A stretch of 64,000 nt of DNA from the human T2T-CHM13v2.0 reference genome, Homo sapiens. The notes beneath the pieces are model-generated. The model saw only the letters and a list, made by a program, of their open reading frames with translations. It made no database searches and was not told where the DNA came from. The position numbers and the translations under genes were made by a program. Positions within the stretch are counted from its first letter, which is position 1. Each line of letters opens with the position of its first letter. The DNA is taken from assembly GCF_009914755.1 (NCBI RefSeq), contig NC_060925.1. One strand, given 5' to 3'. Below are positions 1 through 10,905 of this stretch, piece by piece.

Positions 1-610
1 GAAACTGGGAACCTTGTTCTTCTTGGGAAAACGGATGCGCACTTTTAATATTTATGAAGTAGGAAAATAAAACAAAAGATGAGTCAGAACATCAAGCCCA
101 GAGATGAGAAAATTAAAGTACATAAAATATTGATCCATTTGGCTGGGCAGCAGGCGGCCGTGCGTGTGGTGGAAATGCTGTTTCTGGGCGTAGTTATCCC
201 CCTCCCTTCCCATCCACGAGCTCCAGCAATTTAGTTAATGGGAGCCGAATGCAGAGTTCATTTTTCACATTCCATTAATGTTTCATTTCTAATACTCTTT
301 TCAGTATAAATTTAAAAACAAAATAGAAATTGTGTCTTGATCATTATTCTCTATTAAGGGGAAAACGCGAGTGCTTCTCAGTTGCTAATCAGGACCCTTC
401 AGGGGGGCACAGCTCCTGGGACAGTGTCCTGCTTCCAGGCCTTCTCCTCTCCTCCTGAGCCTTCCAAACACACACCTGCCACGCCCTCCCCGCTGAGCCC
501 TGCAGCTCCCACTCTCAGCACGCTGCCCCGAGGTGCTTTTGGGATGTGGGTGCTAAACCCCTATCCCAGGAGCAGCCTGAGACCCAGTGTGATGCGCACG
601 CTGCGTAGTG

Positions 611-1092
611 CACACACGTCACAACTACAGCACACACGTCACAACTGCAGCACACACGTCACAACTGCAGCATGCACGTCATAACTACAGCACACACGTC
701 ACAACTACAGCACACACACGTCACAACTGCAGCACGCACGTCACAACTGTAGCACACACACGTCACAACTACAGCACACATGTCACAACTGCAGCACACA
801 CGTCACAACTGTAGCGCACACACGTCACAACTACAGCACACACGTCACAACTGCAGCACACACACGTCACAACTACAGCACACACGTCACTACAGCACAC
901 ACACGTCACAACTACAGCACACACGTCACAACTGCAGCACACACGTCACAACTACAGCACACGTCACAACTACAGCACGCACACATTACAACTGCAGCAC
1001 GCACACGTCACAACTGCAGCACACACGTCACAACTGCAGCACACATGTCACAACTGCAGCACGCACACATCACAACTACAGCACACACATCA
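611..1092. repeat. Minisatellite, ~20-22 bp unit CACACACGTCACAACT(A/G)CAG, ~24 copies
   Basis: Unit read directly; 19 copies keep CACGTCA and 5 carry TG/CA changes at the CpG. Confidence 0.97.
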
Positions 1093-1275
1093 AGCACCAG
1101 AGGCAGCACAGACGGCAAGTCCCCAGGGATGCCCCAGGAAGGCTCCCCTGGGGAGCTGGGAAGGGGATGGGAGCAGGCCAAATGATGCTTTCAAAGCCTG
1201 TTGAGACGCTGAATCTACAAATGGGCAACAACCAGATGATAGAGAAAAGAGAGCTCTAATCCACGACCTGCAGCA

Positions 1276-2503
1276 CCAGCCCAGGAAACCCCTTCCCTAG
1301 AGACCCAGCCCAGGAAACCCCTTCCCTACAGACCCAGCCCATGAAACCCCTTCCCTAGACACCCAGCCCAGGAAACCCCTTCCCTGGAGACCCAGCCCAG
1401 GAAACCCCTTCCCTGGAGACCCAGCCCAGGAAACCCCTTCCCTGGAGACCCAGCCCAGGAAACCCCTTCCCTGGAGACCCAGCCCAGGAAACCCCTTCCC
1501 TGGAGACCCAGCCCATGAAACCCCTTCCCTAGACACCCAGCCCAGGAAACCCCTTCCCTGGAGACCCAGCCCAGGAAACCCCTTCCCTGGAGACCGAGCC
1601 CAGGAAACCCCTTCCCTAGAGACCCAGCCCAGGAAACCCCTTCCCTGGAGACTAGGCCCAGGAAACCCCTTCCCTGGAGACTCAGCCCATGAAACCCCTT
1701 CCCTAGACACCCAGCCCAGGAAACCCCTTCCCTGGAGACCCAGCCCAGGAAACCCCTTCCCTAAAGACCCAGCCCAGGAAACCCCTTCCCTAGAGACCCA
1801 GCCCAGGAAACCCCTTCCCTACAGATCCAGCCCAGGAAACCCCTTCCCTAGAGACCGAGCCCAGGAAACCCCTTCCCTACAGACCCAGCCCAGGAAACCC
1901 CTTCCCTAGAGACCCAGCCCAGGAAACCCCTTCCCTAGAGATCCAGCCCAGGAAACCCCTTCCCTAGAGACCCAGCCCAGGAAACCCCTTCCCTAGAGAC
2001 CCAGCCCAGGAAACCCCTTCCCTAGAGATCCAGCCCAGGAAACCCCTTCCCTAGAGTTCCAGCCCAGGAAACCCCTTCCCTACAGACCCAGCCCAGGAAA
2101 CCCCTTCCCTAGAGATCCAGCCCAGGAAACCCCCCTTCCCTAGAGACCCAGCCCAGGAAACCCCTTCCCTACAGACCCAGCCCAGGAAACCCCTTCCCTA
2201 GAGATCCAGCCCAGGAAACCCCCCTTCCCTAGAGACCCAGCCCAGGAAACCCCTTCCCTACAGACCCAGCCCAGGAAACCCCTTCCCTAGAGACCCAGCC
2301 CAGGAAACCCCTTCCCTAGAGACCCAGCCCAGGAAACCCCTTCCCTACAGACCCAGCCCAGGAAACCCCTTCCCTGGAGACCCAGCCCAGGAAACCCCTT
2401 CCCTACAGACCCAGCCCAGGAAACCCCTTCCCTAGAGATCCAGCCCAGGAAACCCCTTCCCTACAGACCCAGCCCAGGAAACCCCTTCCCTAGAGACCCA
2501 GCC
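1276..2503. repeat. VNTR, 29-bp unit AGACCCAGCCCAGGAAACCCCTTCCCTAG, ~42 copies
   Basis: Highly homogeneous tandem units; length/29 is about 42. Confidence 0.98.
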
Positions 2504-2537
2504 TCCAGAACTGTTAGAACGTAAATGTCTGTTGTTG
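2499..2537 (+). mobile_element. MLT1 (ERVL-MaLR) LTR 3' remnant abutting the VNTR
   Basis: CAGCCTCCAGAACTGTTAGAACGTAAATGTCTGTTGTT resembles the MLT1 3' motif also seen at ~31408 and ~53825. Confidence 0.65.
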
Positions 2538-2544
2538 GAGGGGC

Positions 2545-2790
2545 CCAGGAAGGAGGAAAGGAGGGAGAATGTGGTCTCTGGAAGCTGAGAGAAGAGGGGA
2601 TTTTAGGAAAGTGTTGGAGAAAAACGTGTTGAATGGTGCTGAGAGGTTAAAAGTCAGACAGGGACTATAAGGCATCTGTTGAATCTAGTAACAGCCTAAG
2701 TGACCTTGGCAAGCTGAGAATCAACAGAATGAGGAAGGTGGCATCCAGGCCAGAGTTGGAGGGGGTGAGTGGGAGGTGACAGATGATAAA
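2545..2790 (-). mobile_element. L2 LINE fragment (RT region)
   Basis: GGTGCTGAGAGGTTAAAAG...GTGACCTTGGCAAG resembles antisense L2 ORF2 (KVTNDL..LDLSAAFD region). Confidence 0.6.
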
Positions 2791-2819
2791 ATGGGGCAGC
2801 AGCTCCCCCAGGAATCTCA

Positions 2820-2930
2820 CTGTTACCCCATTCACAAATCACGAAGTCAAGGTTTCTCAAGGTAAAGCAAGTTGCCTGAAGCCAGGCTCAGAAAGCAGCA
2901 GAATGGGAATTGAACCAGCCCTGCCTTCCA
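2820..2930 (-). mobile_element. MIR fragment
   Basis: Degenerate antisense MIR core (CCCATT..AAGTTGCC..GAATTGAACC). Confidence 0.5.
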
Positions 2931-5365
2931 TGCTTCAGCCATAGCACTGAGAACAGCACCCCATCAATAAGGCTCTTGATGTGTCTGGGTGCCATGCTCT
3001 TGGGAGCCCTTGGCTGTCTGGGCTAGAGCTGACTAAGCATCAGTGCTGGAACTGGAGAGGGACATCCATCTGGAGCCCCAGGGTTCAGCCAAGCCAGGGG
3101 CCTAAGGCAAAAGGAGGCTAGTTGGGAGGAGGGAGGGATTGGCTTTGAGAGGGGATTGGGATCCAGTACCTAGTGTTGGAGAGGTAGGGGGAGAAGGGAT
3201 GAGAACCTCTGTTGTGGGCCAGCCCTAGTGGGCAGCCAGGCTTTCCTCTTCCTTGTGGCCCTTGTAGGTTGTGGTCTGAGTGAGCAGGGCTCCTTGAGTG
3301 GCCAAAACAGGGTTGACTGCCTGAGAAGTGGGGACCCAGCTCTCTGCTCTTGTGCCTGTTGGTAGTGGCTTGGAACATGCTGCTTTCAGTTGGCTTAATG
3401 GAACATGCCCTCTGCTTCACATCACATCCTTCTGAGGGTGAGACGATGCTTATTTTCTCTTAAGGTTTCTAAGTCACAGGGTACATTCTCCCATCTATGG
3501 GGAGTGCTGGCAAAATGTGATGCCCCCCCCACCCTGCACAGGAGCCCACTCCAGCAGCACAAACATAATTACTCCCTCCAGCTCTTTTTGTCCTGAGCTG
3601 TTCAGAGGAGAAGTGAGCAGAAGGTGGCTCAGAGAGGCCAGCCTTTCTCCTTGCTGCAATCCTAATGATAGCCGTGGCTCAGAGGCCTCCACACATACAC
3701 TCTGGTCACATTCGGAGTCCTGCTGGGCTGTGATATATCCTGACTTTACAGATTAGGAAACTGAGGCTCAGAGAGTTCAGAATGACCCGACCCTGAGAAT
3801 TACTGCTATTGCTTCCCAGGGAGAAGGTCTTTCTGTCTACAGGGGAGCAGGAATGAAGTCGTCCTTTGAACAGTATACAGTGAGTGGTCTGAATTTTGCT
3901 CCTAGAGACATAACCTGGAGCTTCTCATGCCACTGCTCTCAACTCCTGGCTTTTCCTTTGGAAGAAGAAAGAGACAGTGAGGTAGTGAGGTGGAAAGAGC
4001 ATGGGGCTGCAGTCTTGCCTGGCCATGGGAGGATTTGATTATCTCAGTTAAGTGAGGAATCTCTGAATCTCTCGTATTCGGTTTCCTCAACTGCACAATG
4101 GAGGCAGCAAAGCAAGCCCAGGTGAACTTCCAAATGAAGGCTGTTGGCAAAGCACTTGAAAAAGTGCCGTGGGGCAAGGATTATTTCTGCCATGCCATGA
4201 AGGTTGAAGGCGTCTTTCTTCATCCTGGCAGCCCTTGTTTACATCAAGGCAGAGCGTGTCCTGGATGCACCTTCTGTGTCTGTCTCCCCACCCATGTGGC
4301 CTGGAAGTGGCCCTCCCTGATCTCTCAGACTGCAAGTCTAAGACTCAGTGGTCTCAGAGCCATGCCTGGGCTGCTTCAGTCTATTTTTTCCAGTCCCACT
4401 AGCCCAGAGGGTCCCCTCAGCTGTCGGTGAGTTTACATCTTGGACAGGCATCCATTTCCTAGGAGCAAAAATCATTTAACGGCTCTAATCTCCAGTCTGC
4501 TGGTTTCATTATTTAAACCAAAATGAAATGTGACCCAGGGTGAGAAAAGAGACCAAGTGTGCAGCTGAGAGCCATAATGAGACATTTACAGCCTAGCTAG
4601 GAGATGCCGAGTCCCTTCCCGAGAAAGGATCAAGAGTCCCCCCAGGGTGGGAAGGAGACATAAATGACTATTGACAAAGCTAGCCAGTGGGAAATCTAAC
4701 AATAATGGTACATTTTGGAGAGAACAAATCAACTCCCATGTTATTCCGATTACAGTAGTCCAGAGCTGGAGGCCTGGCATTTGCAGCCTGCCAGCTCCTG
4801 TCACACCATTCTCATTACCAACCCAGGAGGACTCTTCAATCAGCCTCTAAGAAGAAACCCGGGATGTCCTTCCCTTAAACCAAGAGGGCAGGGTAGAAAA
4901 CTGCTTGGGAGGGGACATGCCCCTGTAAAGGAGGGAGTGCTTGGGTGGCCTGAAGAGGCTGACCCCAGGGCATAATGCGTGGGCCTCTGCTGTTGCGTCC
5001 CTACACATGGCAGCAAGGTGGTGTGGAAGGGCTCCAGAGATGGAGTGGTGGTTCCTCCCAAGTGTGGGGTCTGAGGAAAAGAAGGGCAAAGCTAGGAGTC
5101 AGGGAGGCTGGGGAGGAGGAGGAGATAGAGAGATATTTCAGCCTCCTACAAAGCTGATATGAGTTGACCCCAGCTTACCTTGCCACCAGACTCTGCTGCT
5201 GACCCTTTAGTCTAAATGGCCTTTAGGAATCCTCCACCTTCCCAGCCTTTATTCCATACCTACCTCATTTAACCTGCCCAATGTGCTTCCCCATCCCTCT
5301 TTTCTATTCCAGTATAGCACATCTTTTAGAGACCAGTTCAATCTCTAGCATCTAGGACATAACAA

Positions 5366-6373
5366 CTATGATAATGTTGGTGATAATGATGGTGATTTTA
5401 CTGGTAATGTCAACGGTAACGGTGGTGATGATAATGGTGATGGTGATGGTAAACATGATAACGACAATGATAGTGGAAAGCGAATGGTGGTATTGATGGT
5501 GATGATGAAGAGGATGGTGATAATAATGATGATGGTGATGATTATGTTGGTGATGATGGTAATGGTGATGATAATGATGGTGATGGTGATGATGATGATT
5601 ATGTGATGATGGTGGTGATGGTGATGATGGTGATGGTGATGGTGATGGTGGTGATGGTGGTGATGATGATGGTGATGGTGATGGTGATAATGGTGATGGT
5701 GGTGATGATGATGGCGGGGATGTGATGATGATGGTGATGATGATGATGATGGAGATGATGATGATGGTGATGATGATGATGGTGATGATGTGATGACGAT
5801 GATAGTGATTATGGTGATGGTGATGATGATGATGGTGATGGTGGTGATGGTGATGATGTGATGGTGATGGTGATGATAATAATGATGTGATGGTGATGAT
5901 GGCGGTGATGTGATGATGATGGTGATGGTGATGATAATGGAGATGATGATGGTGATGATGGTGATGATGGTGATGATGTGATGATGACGGTGATGGTGAT
6001 GATGATGATGGTGATGGTGGTGATGGTAGTGATAATGTGATAATGATGGTGACGGTGATGATAATGGTGATGGTGATGGTGATGATGGCAGTGATGTGAT
6101 GATGATGGTGATGGTTATGATGATCATGGTGATGATGATGATGGAGATGATGATGATGGTGGTGATGATGATAGAGATGATGTTGATGATGGTGATGGTG
6201 ATTATGGTGGTGATGATGGTGATGATGGTGATGGTGATGATGGTGGTGATGGGGGTGATGATGATGGTGATAGTGATGGTGATGATGATGGTGATGGTGG
6301 TGATGATGGTGATGATGGTGGTGATGATGATGACAATGATGGTGGCGGTGATAGTGATGAAGACAATAATGAT
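5366..6373. repeat. Complex (GAT/GGT)n microsatellite, ~1 kb
   Basis: Continuous GAT/GGT triplets; source of the poly-His/Ile/Met pseudo-ORFs. Confidence 0.97.
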
Positions 6374-6515
6374 AGCACCTGCTGCATGCCTGACACTATT
6401 CTTGCCAGTCGTTACGTGTATGAATTCTTTGAATCCTTATAACTACCCTGTGATGTGGAGGCTTGTTAGCATTCTTAGTTTACAGGTGAGGAAACTTAGG
6501 CCAGTAGAGGTTATT
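6374..6515 (-). mobile_element. MIR
   Basis: TTTACAGGTGAGGAAACTTAGGCC core with upstream AATCCTTATAACTACCCTGTGA. Confidence 0.75.
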
Positions 6516-7349
6516 GTCCATGTTTACCTGACTCCCCACTCCAATGACCTCTGTCATCCATTGGACATTTCTGCAGTGGTGGCTCTATTTCCCTTTCTGA
6601 TGTCCAGAAGCATTACTTATGTCATCTGTGGCCTTTTCTCCCTGTTTATCTCTGCCTTTCACCTGGCTGGGCCCTCCATATGTTGTCCGCTCTTGTATCT
6701 GCCACTGTGCCGTGCAGGTGATTTCCTGCATAAAATATTCAACAAACACATGGCGATGCTGAGTAGAGGAGTCAGAGAGACAAGCGCGGTTTCGGGAAGC
6801 AGAAGTCAGCAACTAATGGGCTATGCAGATCCAGCAAGCCCCCAAGGACTTGGGAGAGAGCAGATGTGGGGCTGGGTGGGAAGAGGGGGCTGAGTGCAGG
6901 GTAAGGGGCAGCTGCGTGCTGGAATTGCTCCTGGGGGATGGCACCTCTGAACATTCACCCCTGGAGAGAAGTGTCCTTTCCTGCTTTAGAACCCAGCCTC
7001 CACCTCACTGGCCTCCCTCATGCTCCAGTCAAATGAACTATATTTGCGTTTATGTTTCCACATCCTAAAAAAGCACTTGTGAAACACTTCAGCGTCTCAG
7101 CCCCTGGGGACACCAGGACTTCTGAGAGAGACAGACTAGAACCATTTATTTTTCCTTCCTAAATGCCATGGGCAGCTCTCTATGACTGAGCTGACAAGGC
7201 TGTGTCTTGTTAAGCATCACAATGCAGAGGGGGTCAGGGATGCCAGGCAGGGAGGAGAGATGGAAGGGGCATGGGGTCACTTCTTTGGGGACACTGGTGC
7301 AGTATCACTGTGATTGTGGGTATCTAAAACCAGTGGGACAGCAAAGACA

Positions 7350-7565
7350 ATTAGGTTTTATTTATTTCACACACTCTTAGAGGCACCTACGCACCAGACG
7401 CGCTTCCTAGCTCTTTATAACATTAACTTGCTTAATCCTTATGATAACCCCATAAGGAAGATGCTAACATCAGCCCACCTGACAAAAGAAGAAACTTGTC
7501 CCAGAGTGGAGAAGTTGCTCCCCAGGGCTGCAAGGCTGTTGGGGGCAGCGGTGGGTTTGCTCCAG
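7350..7565 (-). mobile_element. MIR
   Basis: TTAATCCTTATGATAACCCCATAAGG...GAAGTTGCTCCCCAGGG. Confidence 0.65.
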
Positions 7566-8026
7566 TGTCTCCAGATCTGGCCCATAACCACACTCGGGGT
7601 GGCCTAGCATATATTTTAATTACTTCAAATATACTTTATGCTTATTATTTTAAATTCAAGCATAAACATCCTTTTACTAAAGGGACAGTGCCTCGAAACA
7701 CAAAGAAAGGCCCAGAGGAATGTGCAAATGAAGGAGTGTCGAAGCCAGGAGGGCCCCCAGCCTAGCTCCTGTTACCCTAAAGAAGGCAAAACCCATGGGT
7801 GAGTTCTGCAGGAGCTGAGGCCAGACCACAAGGCGGGAAGAAGGATGGAGCCCGTGACTTCCTCCTAGAAATGAATACAGGAGGCTCTGGTAGCCTGCTC
7901 AGATAGGACAGGTGAAAGGGACAGGACAGGGACCAGGCCAGGTCTGCTCCCAAGTGAGCCCCACCCATCCCGTGACCTCCAGTGACCCTTCCTCTTCTTC
8001 CAGGGTCACATTTCACAGACCCAGCC

Positions 8027-8463
8027 TCATATGGTTTGGCTGTGTCTCTACCCAAATCTCATCTTGAACTGTAGTTCCCATAATCCCCACATGTTGTAGG
8101 AGGGACCTGGTGGAGACAATTGAATCATGGAGGCTGTTTCCCCATCCTGTTCTTGTGATAGTGAGTTCTCACAAGAGCTGATGGTTTCATAAATAATTGT
8201 ATCACGAGGACTGTTTCCCCATCCTGTCCTCATGATAGTGAGTGAGTTCTTACGAGATCTGATGGTTTTATAAGGGGCTTCCCCCTTCCCTGGACACTCA
8301 TTCTCTTTCCTGCCACCCTGTGAAGAGGTACCTTCTGCAATGACTATATGTCTCCTGAGGCCTCCCCAGCCATGAGGAGCTGTAAGCCAATTAAACCTCT
8401 TTCTTTTATAAATTACCCGGTCTTGGGTATTTCTTCACAGCAGTGTGAGAACAGACTAATACA
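8027..8463 (+). mobile_element. THE1C/D-like solo LTR with internal ~77-bp tandem duplication
   Basis: ATATGGTTTGGCTGTGTC...GACTAATACA; perfect 5-bp TSD CAGCC (8022-8026 / 8464-8468). Confidence 0.95.
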
Positions 8464-9104
8464 CAGCCCTTGGTGTGGGTAGACATGCCTGTGCTGGGAA
8501 GGGGCCATGAGGCCCTTTTATTTAACATCCCATTGCTCTGAATCCCTTTGTTGGGCCCCATGGAGCAGAGCACTCTGGCTCCCTAGGCCTCATTGCACGG
8601 CCTCTCTCTCTCTCCTGTTCCTCCACCTTATGCCCTGTGGACGCTTCCTGATGCCTCCCTCAAAGCATGAAGAGAGTTTTCAGCCCACAGGCTGTGACCT
8701 GGTTGGAAACACAGACTCAATTCCCTTGGACAGAGGTGAGCACAGCCTGTGGGAAGTGCTTGGGCAAAGATGAGGGGCTCAGGCTTGGAGGCTTAGGCAA
8801 GATGGGAAGTAAGACAGGAAGGGGTCTGTCTGGGAGGCTTCCTCACATAGAAGCCTGGGGCTGGCAGGACATTTTTGGGGCAGGGCAGAAGTGGTGAGAC
8901 CACACAAGGAGGTGGTATCTGTCACAAGAAATGGGTGGAGGACAGAATTCAGGGGAGCAGGTGGAGGAAGAGGAGGCTGCGGTGTTGACCGGAGGTGAGG
9001 AGAGTTACTAGGAGGCCAGGGGAGCACTGTGCATGGGAGTCCTTGGAGAGCTGGGGCCCAAAGGGGGGTGGCCACAGGTCCAGAGGGCCCAGGGGCTTTT
9101 GACA

Positions 9105-9564
9105 TTCAGCTGAATAGCATCTTCCCAAAATCCACGATTCCTTGGAACCTCAGATTCCTTATAAAACCATCAGATCTCATGAGAACTCACTCACTATCAC
9201 AAGAACAGACTTTATTTGGAAATAGGGGCTTTGCAGATACCAATAAAGATTTGAAATGAAGTCACGCTAGATTAGGGTAGGCCCTGAACCCAATGGGAGT
9301 GTCCTTATGAGATACAGAAAAGGACACAGAAACACACAGAGGGGAAGCCCACATGAAGACGAAGGCAGAGATGGGGGTGAGACATCTACAAGCCATGGAA
9401 TGCCATGGATGGTGGGAGCCACCAGCAGCTGGGGAAAGGCAGGGGATGGATTCTTCCTCTGAGTTTCCACTGGACTTCTGGCCTTCTGGAGTGTGAGAAA
9501 GTACATGTCTAGTATTTTAAGGCCTCAGTTTATGGGAATTAGGGCAGCCCAGAAACCTAATCCA
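9105..9564 (+). mobile_element. MLT1B/C-like solo LTR carrying a 52-bp inverted THE1 fragment
   Basis: TTATTTGGAAATAGGGGCTTTGCAGAT, GGATTCTTCCTCTGAG, end CTAATCCA. Confidence 0.9.
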
Positions 9565-10139
9565 GTGGTCACTGGTCGTCTTTGAGAAAGGGCTTTGGCT
9601 CCCGAGGTGGGAGTGTTCGGTGATGGGTGGAGAAGACCTGGATACAGCAGGCAGAGATGGGTTCTCAAGGACCTCAGTGGTGAGGGGAAGGGAAGGGATG
9701 GGGCAGCAGCCTCGAAGTCAGGTGGAGAGAAGCAGATAACTTTTAAGGAAAGGGATGGAGGCCACAGGGGAGGGAGTTGGGGAGAGGTATCAGAGGCTGC
9801 CTTCAAAGCCAGGCCCTGGGGGGAGGATGATTGAGACGTCCTGCAGGACATGTGCTGAGGCTGGGCACGTCAGGAGGGCTCTTGTAGCCCTGATGCCTGC
9901 ATGGCCTGGCACCAGCTGGAGCTCAGTGGGTGTTTGAAGAATGAGGCGAGGGCAGAGATGGAATCAGGAAATGGGTGGAAGGCCCTCACTTCCAGTTGAA
10001 AAGGCCACAGGTTTATTCTGCAAGATCTTGGAACTGAATCAGGAGCCTGCACCCCAGGGCATTGAGCTGAGTGAGGAGCCAGGAGGGCTTTTATGGCTTG
10101 GAGGACTGTCCCCTCCCATCCACATTGGTGGAGGCCATT

Positions 10140-10300
10140 AACTTTCAAACTGGGCTACACCAGAATCATCTTGGGGGCTTATTTAAAATGCAGATGCCTG
10201 GGCCTTGCCCTCAGAGATCCTGATGTAGGAGGCCTGGAGTGCGGCCCAGGAATCTGCATTTTATCAAGCACATTCAACTGATCTTGACACAAAAATTTCA
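10140..10300. mobile_element. MER5A/B hAT-Charlie DNA transposon
   Basis: AGAATCATCTTGGGG..AAAATGCAGATGCCTGGGCC..CCCAGGAATCTGCATTTT. Confidence 0.8.
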
Positions 10301-10565
10301 GGTGGGACCTGGGGGAAGACGGGGCACATTCAGCTACCCTTTGAGCAGTTTGAGTGTCATGCAAGTTTTCTTCCCTACATGGCCCTTGAGTCCTTACATT
10401 GCTGCTGTTTCCTGGAATCTCAGCCTCAAATCTGTGAGGTCATGTGTGTGGCTTTAAAAGCTCCCGCTGCCCTGTTTACCTTAGTGGTTCATGGCAAGAA
10501 GTGGGGGATGCATTTCTGGGAATGCCTGGCCCTCCTGCAAACATGCAGAAGAGTCAGAGGTGACT

Positions 10566-10905
<340 letters not shown>

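Noticed and set aside
608-1710. Repetitive ORFs across both VNTRs; superficial CRISPR-like periodicity
   Set aside because: Head-to-tail tandem units with no unique spacers, no cas genes, and eukaryotic context
5366-6893. 253-aa and 265-aa ORFs with poly-His/Ile/Met/Val runs
   Set aside because: Translations of the GAT/GGT microsatellite running into a MIR; no coding signal
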